Both the position numbers and the translations under genes were made by a program. Below are positions 14,313 to 24,530 of a stretch of 39,253 bases of DNA, piece by piece. Every line of letters starts with the position of its first letter. The stretch's first letter is position 1. The notes under the pieces were generated by a model. The model made no database searches, had not been told where the DNA came from, and was given only the letters and a program-made list of their open reading frames with translations. The DNA is from a virus (taxonomy: Duplodnaviria; Caudoviricetes), in IMG/VR virus record IMGVR_UViG_3300017754_001141, positions 1 through 39,253 of that record. The stretch is one strand, 5' to 3'.

Positions 14313-16109
14313 TTAATCAAGCTTCTTCTTTTCCGCATTCCAACCCTGCGTGATTTTTTTAATTATTGGCGAGTTCTTGTAAACAGAAGTAAATTTTGCA
14401 ATTTCACTTGGATCGACTCTTGTTCCAAGCTCATCAACAATTCTGCGAGCTATCTTATTTTGATAGAAGGTATCAATGTCTTTTGTTTTTAGCATGTGCA
14501 CCACAGCACCCAGAGAAAGCGATCTGTTTGGCTGTGCGCCTGCTAATGCATTGAACTCGGTTGCCTTCAGTTGATTTGGGTCTAAGCCCTTTAAAGATGC
14601 TTCATAAAAAACTTGTTTTGCAAACTCACCGGTAATTTTATTTGCTAACTCATATTGCTCAGGCTTGAGGCCAGCGTCCACCCACACCTGAGAAGGCAAG
14701 CTAAGGCTAAAACTACCACCCAATAACCCACCAGCCACGTTTGCTTGAAGTCCAGCCTGTACTGATTTAAGAATTTGAGCAGTGAGGGTTCCTTGACCTA
14801 AGTTGTTAAAAACTTTTTCTGCAACAGGTCTTGTTTTTGAGTCTGTTACATACTGAAGAGATTTTGAAATAGATTGCCTATACGGAGTGATGATTGTTGG
14901 GTTTAGGTACGGAGCAATAGTTTTGAATTGACCCTCATAAATCGCTTCTGTTTTATTCGCCGCTTCTTTTGCAAACGCAATCTTTGCCGCCGCCCTTGAT
15001 TCATCCAAGTCGGTGGTGTCAGGAATTGGATGCAAGACAGGGTACTTCTGATTAGATGCTGTCGAAGGCTGATTCAGCTGATCGGGTTGCAAGTCTTGCC
15101 TTAATCCAGACAAAGAGCTTTTCTTTTCGCCTGCACCAAGAATTTTATTGATTGTGTCTTGATCTTCTTTAGGCAACTCGTTTTTATTCTTCAATCCTTG
15201 GCCTGATGGCGCAGGTTTAGGAGCAACAGGTTTAGTAGCAACAGCTTTAGGTGGCTCAATTGTCGAAGTTGCGCTCTTCGGTGGGATGGACTCCGATGGA
15301 TACTGGCCCTGATTAACGTTAACGGGTCTTGCAAATACACCATTCTCGCCATTTTGCACAAAGTCTGATGGAATGTTTTCGGTAGGCTCAACATTTGCGG
15401 CAGGCGCACGACGATCTCCAGCCAAAGAGTAATTTGCGTTCACGTTCGTATCAGTGATTGGCTTAAATACCTCAGGCTTTTCTTCTGTGCGTTTTGGAGC
15501 GGAATCAGGAGACTGTGAATACATAGAAAGTTTTGCCAAGTCAGCAGGGTCTACTGGTCGTCCTAATGCTTTTGCGGTGTTGATTCGACTAATGACGTTT
15601 GCTTGATCGGCAGTTGAAAGCTGGCGCTCTGTGACCATAGAGTCGTAACGTTTTGAAATAGCCGCAGTCACAGGCGCGTTTGGCGCTGTAGCCATAGCAA
15701 AGTCTCTGAGCTTCATCAAGTCTTCTGGCTTTGATCCGTTTTCTTGCCACAGCTTGAATTGATCAGCAACAGCCTTGTTTTGGCCCATACCTATCTTGGA
15801 CATTGCAAGCTGTGCGCGTAACTGCGCAATTGGCAGTTGAGATGCACGTTGTTGATCAATGCGCTCACCTTCAGCCTCTGCCGCACTGCCAAGCGAGGCC
15901 ATGAAGCCACCCAATTGAGGCTTAGCAAAGCCAGCCGCAATCTTGAACCAATTTGGTTGCGCATAGCGTTGCTCAAGAGCCGCCAAGCTGTCAGCCAACG
16001 CTTTTTGATACTCTTGCTTATCAGCGTCTTCAGCGCCGTAAAAATTTAATTTACTTGGGTCGCCAAAGTCAACTGTTGCTAATGGATTTGATGCCGCAGG
16101 TGTTGCCAT
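14313..16109 (-). CDS. Probable ejection (DNA transfer) protein
   Basis: 598 aa; WFKIAAGFAKP.LGGF..SLG N-terminal motif; position in the ejection cluster. Confidence 0.68.
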   Translation of the reverse strand: MATPAASNPLATVDFGDPSKLNFYGAEDADKQEYQKALADSLAALEQRYAQPNWFKIAAGFAKPQLGGFMASLGSAAEAEGERIDQQRASQLPIAQLRAQLAMSKIGMGQNKAVADQFKLWQENGSKPEDLMKLRDFAMATAPNAPVTAAISKRYDSMVTERQLSTADQANVISRINTAKALGRPVDPADLAKLSMYSQSPDSAPKRTEEKPEVFKPITDTNVNANYSLAGDRRAPAANVEPTENIPSDFVQNGENGVFARPVNVNQGQYPSESIPPKSATSTIEPPKAVATKPVAPKPAPSGQGLKNKNELPKEDQDTINKILGAGEKKSSLSGLRQDLQPDQLNQPSTASNQKYPVLHPIPDTTDLDESRAAAKIAFAKEAANKTEAIYEGQFKTIAPYLNPTIITPYRQSISKSLQYVTDSKTRPVAEKVFNNLGQGTLTAQILKSVQAGLQANVAGGLLGGSFSLSLPSQVWVDAGLKPEQYELANKITGEFAKQVFYEASLKGLDPNQLKATEFNALAGAQPNRSLSLGAVVHMLKTKDIDTFYQNKIARRIVDELGTRVDPSEIAKFTSVYKNSPIIKKITQGWNAEKKKLD

Positions 16110-16119
16110 GATTTATCCT

Positions 16120-17232
16120 TTAGACGCTAGAACCATAATCGGGGTAGTTGCTTTGATCAGCCAAATTTGTTGAGCCGGAACCTTGCCCATATGACCAATC
16201 TCCGCTTGGGTAAGAACCTGTTTGAGTGGTATCTGTTGAGGCTGAAGGCGATGAAAATTGGTTCTTTATCCAATCATATGCATCACCAGTCATTTTTGCC
16301 ACATTAGAAATAACACTTGGGTTAGTGATTATGTTGCCTGCGGCATCTTTATAAGTTGATGACTGAGTCAGTCCAGCAACGCTTGAACCCAAGCTTGCAA
16401 TAGCCGACAAAGGCGAACCTTCGAATGTTTGAGCAGATGTCGTAGGTATGGTGTAGCCGCGCAACAAGCCAGATGCAGTGTTAAGGGTCTGCAATGGAAA
16501 CAGTTGCTGGTTCTGAGCAATCTGCTGTTGTTGACCGCCATAGGTTCCAAGCGCATTGATGTCATTCAAGTTCATCGCTTGCGTTTGGTTCGCCATGTTT
16601 GCACCCACGTTGGATGCATTGATCAGGTTGGTTTGGTTTGTGCTGGACAAGTTGCCAGCGGTTTGCCCCAATTGAGCTTGCAACGCTTGTTGTTTCTGAG
16701 CGTTTGTCATTGCGTTTTGATAGCCAGCTTGCAGGGCTTGATTCTGCTGAGCCAATATGTCGGTGTTGGCGTTTTGGATCGTCTGCCCAAGAACCTGTGC
16801 GCCACGCTGTGAGCCAAACTGACCAGAGCCTACTGCGGCGGCGGTCGCCTGCGGAGCCAAGTTCTGTTGGATGTTGCGCTGACCAAGAGTGCCAATTGAA
16901 TTCACCACGTCTTGCGTGTATGGACTCATGTACTGCTGAGCCAATTGCGATTGGTCAACGTTGGCATTGTTGAGGTAAGGCTGAGCCGCAGACAGGGGAT
17001 TGGTTTCTGTGGCCTGACCCAGATAACTCTGGGCGGTCTGCATCACGGGCTTGTATGTGCCTTGGGTCTGCTGAACCTTATCAAAAGCAAGTTGCTGTAG
17101 GGGCTGAGCGCCAACAAACTGCGCATTCTGCGCCGCTGTTTGTCCCTTTGTGGCAAGGTCGGTTAAATAATTGTTGTAGTACGACGGCGCTTGCGTTTGC
17201 GTTATCGCTGAACTTTTGAGTAAATCTGCCAT
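16120..17232 (-). CDS. Gln/Ala-rich ejection/pilot protein
   Basis: YMSPYTQDV...GQFGSQR motif and Q-rich helix typical of podophage DNA-transfer proteins. Confidence 0.75.
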   Translation of the reverse strand: MADLLKSSAITQTQAPSYYNNYLTDLATKGQTAAQNAQFVGAQPLQQLAFDKVQQTQGTYKPVMQTAQSYLGQATETNPLSAAQPYLNNANVDQSQLAQQYMSPYTQDVVNSIGTLGQRNIQQNLAPQATAAAVGSGQFGSQRGAQVLGQTIQNANTDILAQQNQALQAGYQNAMTNAQKQQALQAQLGQTAGNLSSTNQTNLINASNVGANMANQTQAMNLNDINALGTYGGQQQQIAQNQQLFPLQTLNTASGLLRGYTIPTTSAQTFEGSPLSAIASLGSSVAGLTQSSTYKDAAGNIITNPSVISNVAKMTGDAYDWIKNQFSSPSASTDTTQTGSYPSGDWSYGQGSGSTNLADQSNYPDYGSSV

Positions 17233-17234
17233 TT

Positions 17235-19406
17235 TTAGCCTTTCATTGCCTCACGCATGTACTGGAGAGGGCTTCTTGCCTTGGGTGGTATTTTAGTGTC
17301 AGGGGCCGATCTTTTGTGCGCCCTGATTTGCTCGCGCATTGCGTCCAACATCTTTGCGCCCTGCTTGTTGGAACCCTTTCCGAGGGAAGTCACAAAATCG
17401 GAGGGGAGCACATACTCGCCGTCCGCAATCTTGGCAGGAATGGGTCTTCCACCGCCCCGATAGCTCAGCGGGATGCTTCGACGAAACTGCTCCAAAGCAC
17501 CCGCCCCAGCCTTGCTAGAACCGTCACCAAAGGCCGCAACCGTGTCAGCGTCAATAACGTAGTCACCGTCGTGCAAAACGGCTGGAATGTCGTCTGATTG
17601 GCCTGTGCCGCGCCCTTGGGCGTAGTGACCAGTCTTGCCTGTGATGAATTCAGGGTGATGGCCCTTTGGCATTTCGACATTACCGCCCCGCGCGTACTGC
17701 TGTCCAAAATTGGCAAACTCGATTGGGGACAGGACATTTGCGTAGGCTTGGTTTAAGTCTTGGGCAGAATCATTGGAAGTGCCCCAGCTAGTCGATGGTT
17801 GCAACAGCATTCCCCTATCCAACAAAACCTTTGACAAGTCAGGGGTGATGCTTGGATAAAGTTGTTGGAGTTGCGCCAATTGCGTTTCTGGCGTGGCGGA
17901 TTGCGAACCACTTAAATAGCTTTGAGCGGTCTTGGCGGAAGCTATATCAGCGCCAGTGTTTGTTGCAAATGGGCTTGCGCCCTTTGTGGTGGTTGTCCAG
18001 CTACCCGTGTTGGTTGGCTGTGGAATGCCTGTCGATCCACTGAACTTGAACCAAGGATCGTAGGCAGGGTCTGTCTGCATGACAGGCTGACCAAGAACGT
18101 CTGGATTGTTGATAAATGATTTGGGGTTGCCAAGGACGGTTGATGCATCGTCTGGTGTGTATCCCAACTCGCCTACAGAGCCAGTTTCCCCAGTGGCGGG
18201 ATTGACTGTATCAGCCGTCAAACCTTGACCGCCGCCCATTGATTTAATCGCTGGAGAATCAGGCAATTGCAAACCCAAGCCAGAATCAATTGGCGATGAG
18301 GTCGGCTCATAGGGGCTGTAATCAACTGGCGTGTACCCAACATCGCTTGCCCCATCAAGATTGACGGTAGGCGCGGTTAAGCCCTCAGTTTGCGGAACAA
18401 CATTGGATGCCAAAGAGTAGTCTGGCTTGAAGTCAGTATCTACAGGGGCCGTCCAATTAAAGTCAGGTGTCTCGGTTGCCGCCTCAAGGGGTGAGGTCGG
18501 TATTTGGGTGTACTCTGACGTGTCTGGGATAAGCGAATCAGGAGCAAGAGAGGTCTCCAAAGGAGATGGAGTTGGCTCGACTGGATTAATATTTATGCCA
18601 GTAGGAATGCCACTGATGGCCTCTTGAGAGTAGTCGGGGTTGGCAAACACAGGCGCAGTAGCCGTCTCCAATGGAGATGGGTCTGGCGGCGGCTCTATGG
18701 AGAAAGACATTCCTGACGGGTTAAGCAGATAGTCAGGTGTTGGTGGCGGGGGTGGAGGCAAGTCGTTTGCGGCGGCGATGCCAGCCTCTTTTGGTGCGCT
18801 CGCGCCAGTAGCGTCAGCGGGAGCGCCGTTATACATCTCCTTGAATACCGCTGGCGCTGAGTAAATAGCAGACATGGTCATGCTTTGACCGATCTGATCT
18901 GTCGATGAACCCTTCAATATTCCAACCTCTGCGGCAACAGCCATGTTGGTGACCATGGTGGACAACGCAGGGCTATTCAAAACTGAATTGACTTCTGCTT
19001 TGATTGCTGGGGCGGATGTTTGAGCCGCCGCACTTATCGCGGTATTTGTAATGGCCTTGTCAAGCGGCACACCCAACGCAACCTGCACACCCGTATTAGC
19101 AATTGCGGTTCCAACTGCTGTGGATACACCCAAGGCTGTTGCTGTTTGCTGACCAAGTATAGGAACGCTTGAGGCAAGCGCGGCTCTTGCCATGTCCTCT
19201 GGACTGCCACCCTTCGCCGCAACAACTATTGCATTTGCAATTGGCGCAGGAACACCAACAGATGTCAATGCTATCGTTGCAATGACTGGTAGAGGGTCTT
19301 TGGCAACAGCAACAATCGTATTGCCAACAGCCTTTGCTACATCATTAATAGCATCGCCAGCTTGATCAACTTTTTTATTGACCCATTCTTTAGCTTTTTT
19401 TCCCAT
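17235..19406 (-). CDS. Large internal virion protein with tandem C-terminal IPA...DG(D/E)YV domains
   Basis: Hydrophobic Ala-rich N-terminus, P/T/S/D-rich middle, GRGTGQSDDIPAVLHDGDYV and IPAKIADGEYV at the C-terminus. Confidence 0.7.
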   Translation of the reverse strand: MGKKAKEWVNKKVDQAGDAINDVAKAVGNTIVAVAKDPLPVIATIALTSVGVPAPIANAIVVAAKGGSPEDMARAALASSVPILGQQTATALGVSTAVGTAIANTGVQVALGVPLDKAITNTAISAAAQTSAPAIKAEVNSVLNSPALSTMVTNMAVAAEVGILKGSSTDQIGQSMTMSAIYSAPAVFKEMYNGAPADATGASAPKEAGIAAANDLPPPPPPTPDYLLNPSGMSFSIEPPPDPSPLETATAPVFANPDYSQEAISGIPTGININPVEPTPSPLETSLAPDSLIPDTSEYTQIPTSPLEAATETPDFNWTAPVDTDFKPDYSLASNVVPQTEGLTAPTVNLDGASDVGYTPVDYSPYEPTSSPIDSGLGLQLPDSPAIKSMGGGQGLTADTVNPATGETGSVGELGYTPDDASTVLGNPKSFINNPDVLGQPVMQTDPAYDPWFKFSGSTGIPQPTNTGSWTTTTKGASPFATNTGADIASAKTAQSYLSGSQSATPETQLAQLQQLYPSITPDLSKVLLDRGMLLQPSTSWGTSNDSAQDLNQAYANVLSPIEFANFGQQYARGGNVEMPKGHHPEFITGKTGHYAQGRGTGQSDDIPAVLHDGDYVIDADTVAAFGDGSSKAGAGALEQFRRSIPLSYRGGGRPIPAKIADGEYVLPSDFVTSLGKGSNKQGAKMLDAMREQIRAHKRSAPDTKIPPKARSPLQYMREAMKG

Positions 19407-19822
19407 TATTTGACCTCAATCGTAATTTGCTGAGTTGACTGACCGTTGTCGTCATATATTTCTTTTGACTCAACCGGAATACCTGCCATCTTTATTAAAC
19501 GAACGACTTGAGGGTCTTCCACAGTGCCGTACAACGTTTTAAACTTAGAAAGTTTGAACGCTTTGTAAAAGTCTTTTATTGCGCTAACGATTACTTGAGG
19601 CGCATCAATTGACATCAAGTGAATTTCTGCTACACCATCGCCCAATATTGTGTATATCAATAGAGTGTTTTCAAAACGAAAAATTCGAGTATTGCCATTT
19701 TTAATTGCTTGCGCAATTGAGTCGTAAGCCGCATCAAATAGATCAAGCTCGCCAGTGCTTTCAAAGTGCGAGCGAATAATTTCCTCAACAGGAACCATTT
19801 TTTCAGGATTCATTTCAGCCAT
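19406..19822 (-). CDS. Virion assembly protein, possible GNAT-like fold
   Basis: AGGAG RBS before ATG 19822; position between hub and ejection genes, as for P22 gp14/T7 gp13; AEIHL strand. Confidence 0.5.
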   Translation of the reverse strand: MAEMNPEKMVPVEEIIRSHFESTGELDLFDAAYDSIAQAIKNGNTRIFRFENTLLIYTILGDGVAEIHLMSIDAPQVIVSAIKDFYKAFKLSKFKTLYGTVEDPQVVRLIKMAGIPVESKEIYDDNGQSTQQITIEVK

Positions 19823-19830
19823 ACCAACTC

Positions 19831-20064
19831 CTAATTCGGATTCACAATACCCATGACCTGTTGCGCCCAATCTTGCCAAGTCTCAAAACCTCTGCTGTCG
19901 GGCATTCCAAAGCTCATGAAGTAACCAATACCTGCCATTCCATCAACCCAGTCTTTCCAACGCTCTTCTGGAACGGTTCCAAGTTGTTGAGCGGCAAACT
20001 GTTCGGCAGTCAACGCACACCATTGATCCCATGTCATGTTCCTTGGGTCGTAGGTTGTCGTCAT
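19831..20064 (-). CDS. Small Trp-rich virion-associated protein
   Basis: DPR.M.W..W...W.DW...F.TWQDWA; coupled to the hub gene. Confidence 0.72.
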   Translation of the reverse strand: MTTTYDPRNMTWDQWCALTAEQFAAQQLGTVPEERWKDWVDGMAGIGYFMSFGMPDSRGFETWQDWAQQVMGIVNPN

Positions 20065-21815
20065 GGGTTTCCTGTCGAACGAACATCTCCACCCTCGACA
20101 GAAATCAGAACCCTACCCATTTGGTAGTCCCCGTTTTCCGTGTTGGACTCAAACTTCAATCGCAATTCTCTGCGCTGTTCACGCATGTCAATCTTCAGCG
20201 TTGTCTCGTCAAAGGTGTATGGGTCAGAAACAATGTCATCATCGTTTGCGTAGCCCTTACCAGTCACCCTGACGGTCATGTTGCCGTTCTGTACAAAGTC
20301 GGGTTCGATTCGATCAATACGCGCCCATAGGTTGTCACCGACCAATTGGGGGTTGCCGGGGCCACCCGTCACCAGACCCAAGTTGCATGTCTCAAACCCA
20401 GACTTAATTGCATTCACGCCCGTCAGGTACACCTGATCGACACCCTTTTCATGTTGCCATATGGTGTACTTGTTGGATGAGTTGATTTCGTTGCCAGCCC
20501 ACAAAGGCTTTCTAAAAACCTCAGAGAAGGCCCCAGCAGAGCGTCTTGCACCCAATGCCTGACCAGCGTCATACCAAGTCTTTTCACGCACGTTGTAGAT
20601 GATTGCATCCGTGCATTCGGTTGCGTCACCCTTTGGATAGAACCACCATATTTCACCGTACCTTGGAACCTTGGACACCCACACCTTTTGGCGCTGGGCA
20701 TAGTTCAGGTTGTCAAAGAAATAGTTCTGATTCATTGTGTTTGGAATCTCTTGGACAACACCGTTGTATGCCAAGAAACGATCAGTGCCGCACCAATAGA
20801 AGATGCCGTCATACTCAATCACGCACTGTGAAGACATGATTGACGTTTGGCTGGTCAGCAGGTCATACCTCCAATAGAAGGTGAGGCCACCCGCCGTTGT
20901 CGGCGCGTAAGACACCCTAATCACTGAATCCAGCGACCAAAACAAACCAGATGGGGAATTGGTTCCGCCTCGTATTGGGAGGCCCTTAACGATCTTTCCA
21001 GTGGACACGTTATTGGCGTTTGAATCCGATGAAGTCCAATTGTTGAAGTCGCCAGCGGCGCAGTTTTGAATCAGTCCGTTGTTGCCGTACACAAACAGGT
21101 ACGGGTGGAGCATCACAACACCGCCAGACACGGCAATGTTGTTGTCAAAGGTTGCGGTGATGCTGGCTGATGCTGTGGCGGCGGCTGACATGGTCACAGC
21201 ATTGCCAACAACAGACACTACCGTCGTACCAGACGGAATTCCAGAGCCAGTGATTGTTTGACCAGCGCCCACGGAAGCGTTGGCGGTAGTCAGTGTGAAG
21301 GTTGTTGTGCTGTTTGTTGTGCCAGCGGCAGTGAAGACACCTATGGGCGCGAGCGTGGTTCCCGGAAAGTCTCCGTACAGCACCCTTGTGTTGATTGTGC
21401 TGTCGATGGCGGCAAGGTTTTGACCGGGATGCGCGATCAGCTTACTTGCCCCCGCTCCGTTGGAGTCGTAGCCAACATCAAACTGCCACAGGTTATTGTC
21501 GTTTGCGGTGAATCCTGATGATATTGTGGTTGCGGTTGGGCCAAAGCCAACACCATTATCATTGTCAGTCGTCCAACCCTCAACCCCTGATCGAGTTCCA
21601 GACACGACATAGTTCAGACCATTGCTTGAGGTCATGGTCATGCCGCGAGAGATTTCGGTCGCATTCAAAAAAATAGCGTTGTAGCCGCCAATTTTTCTTG
21701 GCATGCCACGCTGAAACCTCACCCACTCGCCGTCGATATAAATATCTGAAGCGAACCGAGTGCCATCCCGCTGGATGCCGGGCTTGACCGAGAGGGTGGT
21801 GACCTTTGCCGTCAA
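20061..21815 (-). CDS. Tail hub/nozzle protein (P22 gp10/T7 gp12-like)
   Basis: KPGI.RDGT...WVRF..G.P.KIGG; FYW.G...F..YNG.V; EIWWFYP...EC...IYN..E..WY beta-propeller pattern. Confidence 0.8.
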   Translation of the reverse strand: MTAKVTTLSVKPGIQRDGTRFASDIYIDGEWVRFQRGMPRKIGGYNAIFLNATEISRGMTMTSSNGLNYVVSGTRSGVEGWTTDNDNGVGFGPTATTISSGFTANDNNLWQFDVGYDSNGAGASKLIAHPGQNLAAIDSTINTRVLYGDFPGTTLAPIGVFTAAGTTNSTTTFTLTTANASVGAGQTITGSGIPSGTTVVSVVGNAVTMSAAATASASITATFDNNIAVSGGVVMLHPYLFVYGNNGLIQNCAAGDFNNWTSSDSNANNVSTGKIVKGLPIRGGTNSPSGLFWSLDSVIRVSYAPTTAGGLTFYWRYDLLTSQTSIMSSQCVIEYDGIFYWCGTDRFLAYNGVVQEIPNTMNQNYFFDNLNYAQRQKVWVSKVPRYGEIWWFYPKGDATECTDAIIYNVREKTWYDAGQALGARRSAGAFSEVFRKPLWAGNEINSSNKYTIWQHEKGVDQVYLTGVNAIKSGFETCNLGLVTGGPGNPQLVGDNLWARIDRIEPDFVQNGNMTVRVTGKGYANDDDIVSDPYTFDETTLKIDMREQRRELRLKFESNTENGDYQMGRVLISVEGGDVRSTGNP

Positions 21816-23029
21816 AATGTTCCCCCAGAGATGCCGCCGGGCAACAACAGTCCAGTGGCTGTCAGCGTCATCTTGTTGACCCCGCCGATAGAGAAGCCGA
21901 GTTGGTTGCTACCCACCAAGTACAAGCCAGTGTAGTTGTCACCGACAAAATTCAGCGAAGGCGTTGCCGCAGAGCCGTTACCCAAGGTAAGGGCTGTCAG
22001 TGTGCTTAATGAGGCTGTCTGCGCGTTGTAAACGTTTGTGCCGTCACAGATAGCAATGACGGTTTGTGATTGAGGCAAAACAACCGTTGTGCCGCCAACG
22101 GCTACTGTTTTAAAGGTCAGCGAATAAGGGCCTGACGTGTTGTTCTGCAAAGAGTACAACTGAACCGTTGATGGAACGATCACGATACAGTTTGATGTCA
22201 AGACACCGCCGTACTCTTGAATGATGTTTGCACCCTCAGCGGATGTCAAAGTAACCGTGCCGCCAGTTACTGTCTTTGCCAAGGTGGTGAACGGGAATTG
22301 ATTTGATCTGCCGTAAGCAAATGTGAAATAGTTTGTACCGTCCGACACAACAACAAATGATTCCGTCAACTGCAACTGAGCAAAGTTGTTGCCGTCGATG
22401 GTGTTGATGCCAGTGGGCTGTACAGTGACAATACCTGTTCCGCCGTTGCGAATGATGGTGAACCAGTTATTGCCAACAACAGACGCGCTTGGAAGAGTCA
22501 ATGTTCCAACACCACCATTCCAAATAAGAAATTGCGACCTAGCTGTTTCAAGAATTGTGTAGTCTGAAGCAATTGTGCTAATTGGGTGGGACTGATTCAG
22601 CGTTGTATTCAACGCAACCAATCCATATCCAGCAAGCGTCGCGGCATTGGCTGATGAAGTGCCAGCGCCAAAGGTAATAACCGTCCAATCGCCGCTATCA
22701 GTGGCGTTATCCGTTAAATAAATAAAGCTTGCAATACCAGATGCAATTGTTGCAATCACACCCAAGCCAGCATCAGTCACATTGAACGAGTTTGATCCCA
22801 CGTTCCTAATGATGATGTTTTGACCAACAGACACCTGTTGAGCAGAAGGTAGGATCAACGACAAACCGCTTGCGGTTGCCGTAACCTCCATGATGTTGGC
22901 AACGATATTGCTGTTGTTGCCGTTGACGGGCCACTGGAGTGTGGTATCAACTGAAATACTCAGCGCCTCATAACCCACCTGCGATGGGTTGATTGTTTGG
23001 CCTGTAAACGGATTTTGGTAGGTGGTCAT
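21812..23029 (-). CDS. Tail structural protein
   Basis: Beta-rich repeats (LTLPSA...IRNGG...DG); GSAATPSLNF.GD..TGLY motif. Confidence 0.7.
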   Translation of the reverse strand: MTTYQNPFTGQTINPSQVGYEALSISVDTTLQWPVNGNNSNIVANIMEVTATASGLSLILPSAQQVSVGQNIIIRNVGSNSFNVTDAGLGVIATIASGIASFIYLTDNATDSGDWTVITFGAGTSSANAATLAGYGLVALNTTLNQSHPISTIASDYTILETARSQFLIWNGGVGTLTLPSASVVGNNWFTIIRNGGTGIVTVQPTGINTIDGNNFAQLQLTESFVVVSDGTNYFTFAYGRSNQFPFTTLAKTVTGGTVTLTSAEGANIIQEYGGVLTSNCIVIVPSTVQLYSLQNNTSGPYSLTFKTVAVGGTTVVLPQSQTVIAICDGTNVYNAQTASLSTLTALTLGNGSAATPSLNFVGDNYTGLYLVGSNQLGFSIGGVNKMTLTATGLLLPGGISGGTF

Positions 23030-23031
23030 GA

Positions 23032-23667
23032 TTAACTATCCACAGCAATTGTTTGTCGGTCACCAACTCGTGTGGTGTCTTCGTTCTTCAGCGCACCAAT
23101 AGCTTCAGAATACTTCTGTTGGAATATTTGGCGCTGGTCGTTTTTCAAGAATGGCATTGCCTGCAACAAAGTGCCGTATAGCATGGCATTTGGGGCGTTG
23201 CGGGTCAGCCAATTGGTTTGTACTGATGAAGACAATGGCTCAATGCGCTCGTAATACAGCACCTCAAACTCATAGTCTTGGTCAGGTGTTGGAGCCACAT
23301 ACCAATGGTCGTAGTCGATGTCCGCATAAAACGCAGGCATGTCGGTCTGAGTTGCATTGGGCCAATAAGCCTTGAGGTACTCAAACTTGCGCAAAAAGAC
23401 AGGTTGAGCGCCTTCCGTGTTGGTAAGGGTCATGGAAACTGTTTTGCGCCATCTGGCAGGCTTTTGAAGAATTGGGTTGCCTGTCGTCATTGTGGCGGTG
23501 GCAACGTTCAACTGACCAAGGGTCTTGATCTCTTCAGCAATTTCAAATTCGCACAGCGTAATGAAGGTTGGAATGGCCTCTCTGGTCGCCGCATCGCTTC
23601 GTTCCAAATATTGGAGAACGGTGGAGGTAAGACTGTCGTAAGTCATCACCCATGATGGTGTCGTCAT
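23032..23667 (-). CDS. Head-tail adaptor-like protein
   Basis: MTYDSL...YLER...IPTFI.L.E...APTPD..Y...TNWL...P...LYG.L. Confidence 0.75.
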   Translation of the reverse strand: MTTPSWVMTYDSLTSTVLQYLERSDAATREAIPTFITLCEFEIAEEIKTLGQLNVATATMTTGNPILQKPARWRKTVSMTLTNTEGAQPVFLRKFEYLKAYWPNATQTDMPAFYADIDYDHWYVAPTPDQDYEFEVLYYERIEPLSSSVQTNWLTRNAPNAMLYGTLLQAMPFLKNDQRQIFQQKYSEAIGALKNEDTTRVGDRQTIAVDS

Positions 23668-23679
23668 TGCGTCGTCCCC

Positions 23680-24021
23680 TTATCCAACATTACGCTCAAA
23701 ATGAGGGCAATCTACAAGCGATTTGAAATTGCCGCCCCAGCGGTTTTTGGGGTTCAAAGTCTCCCAATAAGCGCCCAACGGCGCAAGGATGCTTTTGTCC
23801 CATATTATCCGCCCATCCTTGAAGAAATTCAAGTCGATGGCGCACCGCTTCAGGTGGATTGAATTGAGGGTTTTGGAGCGCCCTGTTTTGACATAAATGG
23901 CCTGCTGTTCGGGTGTTCGGGCCAACTCCCCGCCCGTGACCATGAAGCCCTGCTCCGTGGCGTACTGGATCAGTTTGCAGGCATCCAGCAAAAAAGCGGC
24001 TTGTTCGGTGTTTAAGCTCAT
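23680..24021 (-). CDS. Endolysin, M15-family peptidase
   Basis: RT.EQQ...S.H....A.DL...WGG.F....D.PHFE zinc-peptidase motifs. Confidence 0.9.
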   Translation of the reverse strand: MSLNTEQAAFLLDACKLIQYATEQGFMVTGGELARTPEQQAIYVKTGRSKTLNSIHLKRCAIDLNFFKDGRIIWDKSILAPLGAYWETLNPKNRWGGNFKSLVDCPHFERNVG

Positions 24022-24530
24022 TTTTTCCTCATTTCTGCCAGTTTTTCGACCGTGCGACCGCCAAAATACGCCCCCATGATCAACATGCCCCAGTTGCCCA
24101 ACAGGGTGACGTAGGACTCATTGGCGTTGTAATCGAAGGCTGACATCATGGCAAACAGGAAATAGCCCACAAAGATGGCTATAAGGCTCATGGGGCGTAT
24201 GTTCTTGGACAGCCAAGAGTCAGATGCCATGTCCGCTTCCCATCGGTCTGTGATGTTGTCAGCGTCGCTTTGGGCGGCTTTTGCCAGCATTTCCATTTCA
24301 GCCAAGTCCATCTTGGCCTTTTCAATGCCCAACTCCAGCAGGCGTTCCTCGTGATCAAATTGAAGTTGGCGCAACTTGGCGACATCTTCTGGGTTGGGAG
24401 CGTCGGGAATCTTGACACCAAGGGTATTCTCAACAACTTCCTTGCCCTTTGCTTGGATCGCAGAAGACAAAAGACCCAAGCCGTTTTCAGCAAGGGTCGT
24501 AAGGAGAGAGGCAAATATTGGAATCATCAC
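24018..24530 (-). CDS. Holin-like membrane protein (3TM/GTA-holin type)
   Basis: RWEADM.SDSWLSKNIRP followed by two TM helices and YFGGR; adjacent to the endolysin. Confidence 0.72.
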   Translation of the reverse strand: MMIPIFASLLTTLAENGLGLLSSAIQAKGKEVVENTLGVKIPDAPNPEDVAKLRQLQFDHEERLLELGIEKAKMDLAEMEMLAKAAQSDADNITDRWEADMASDSWLSKNIRPMSLIAIFVGYFLFAMMSAFDYNANESYVTLLGNWGMLIMGAYFGGRTVEKLAEMRKK

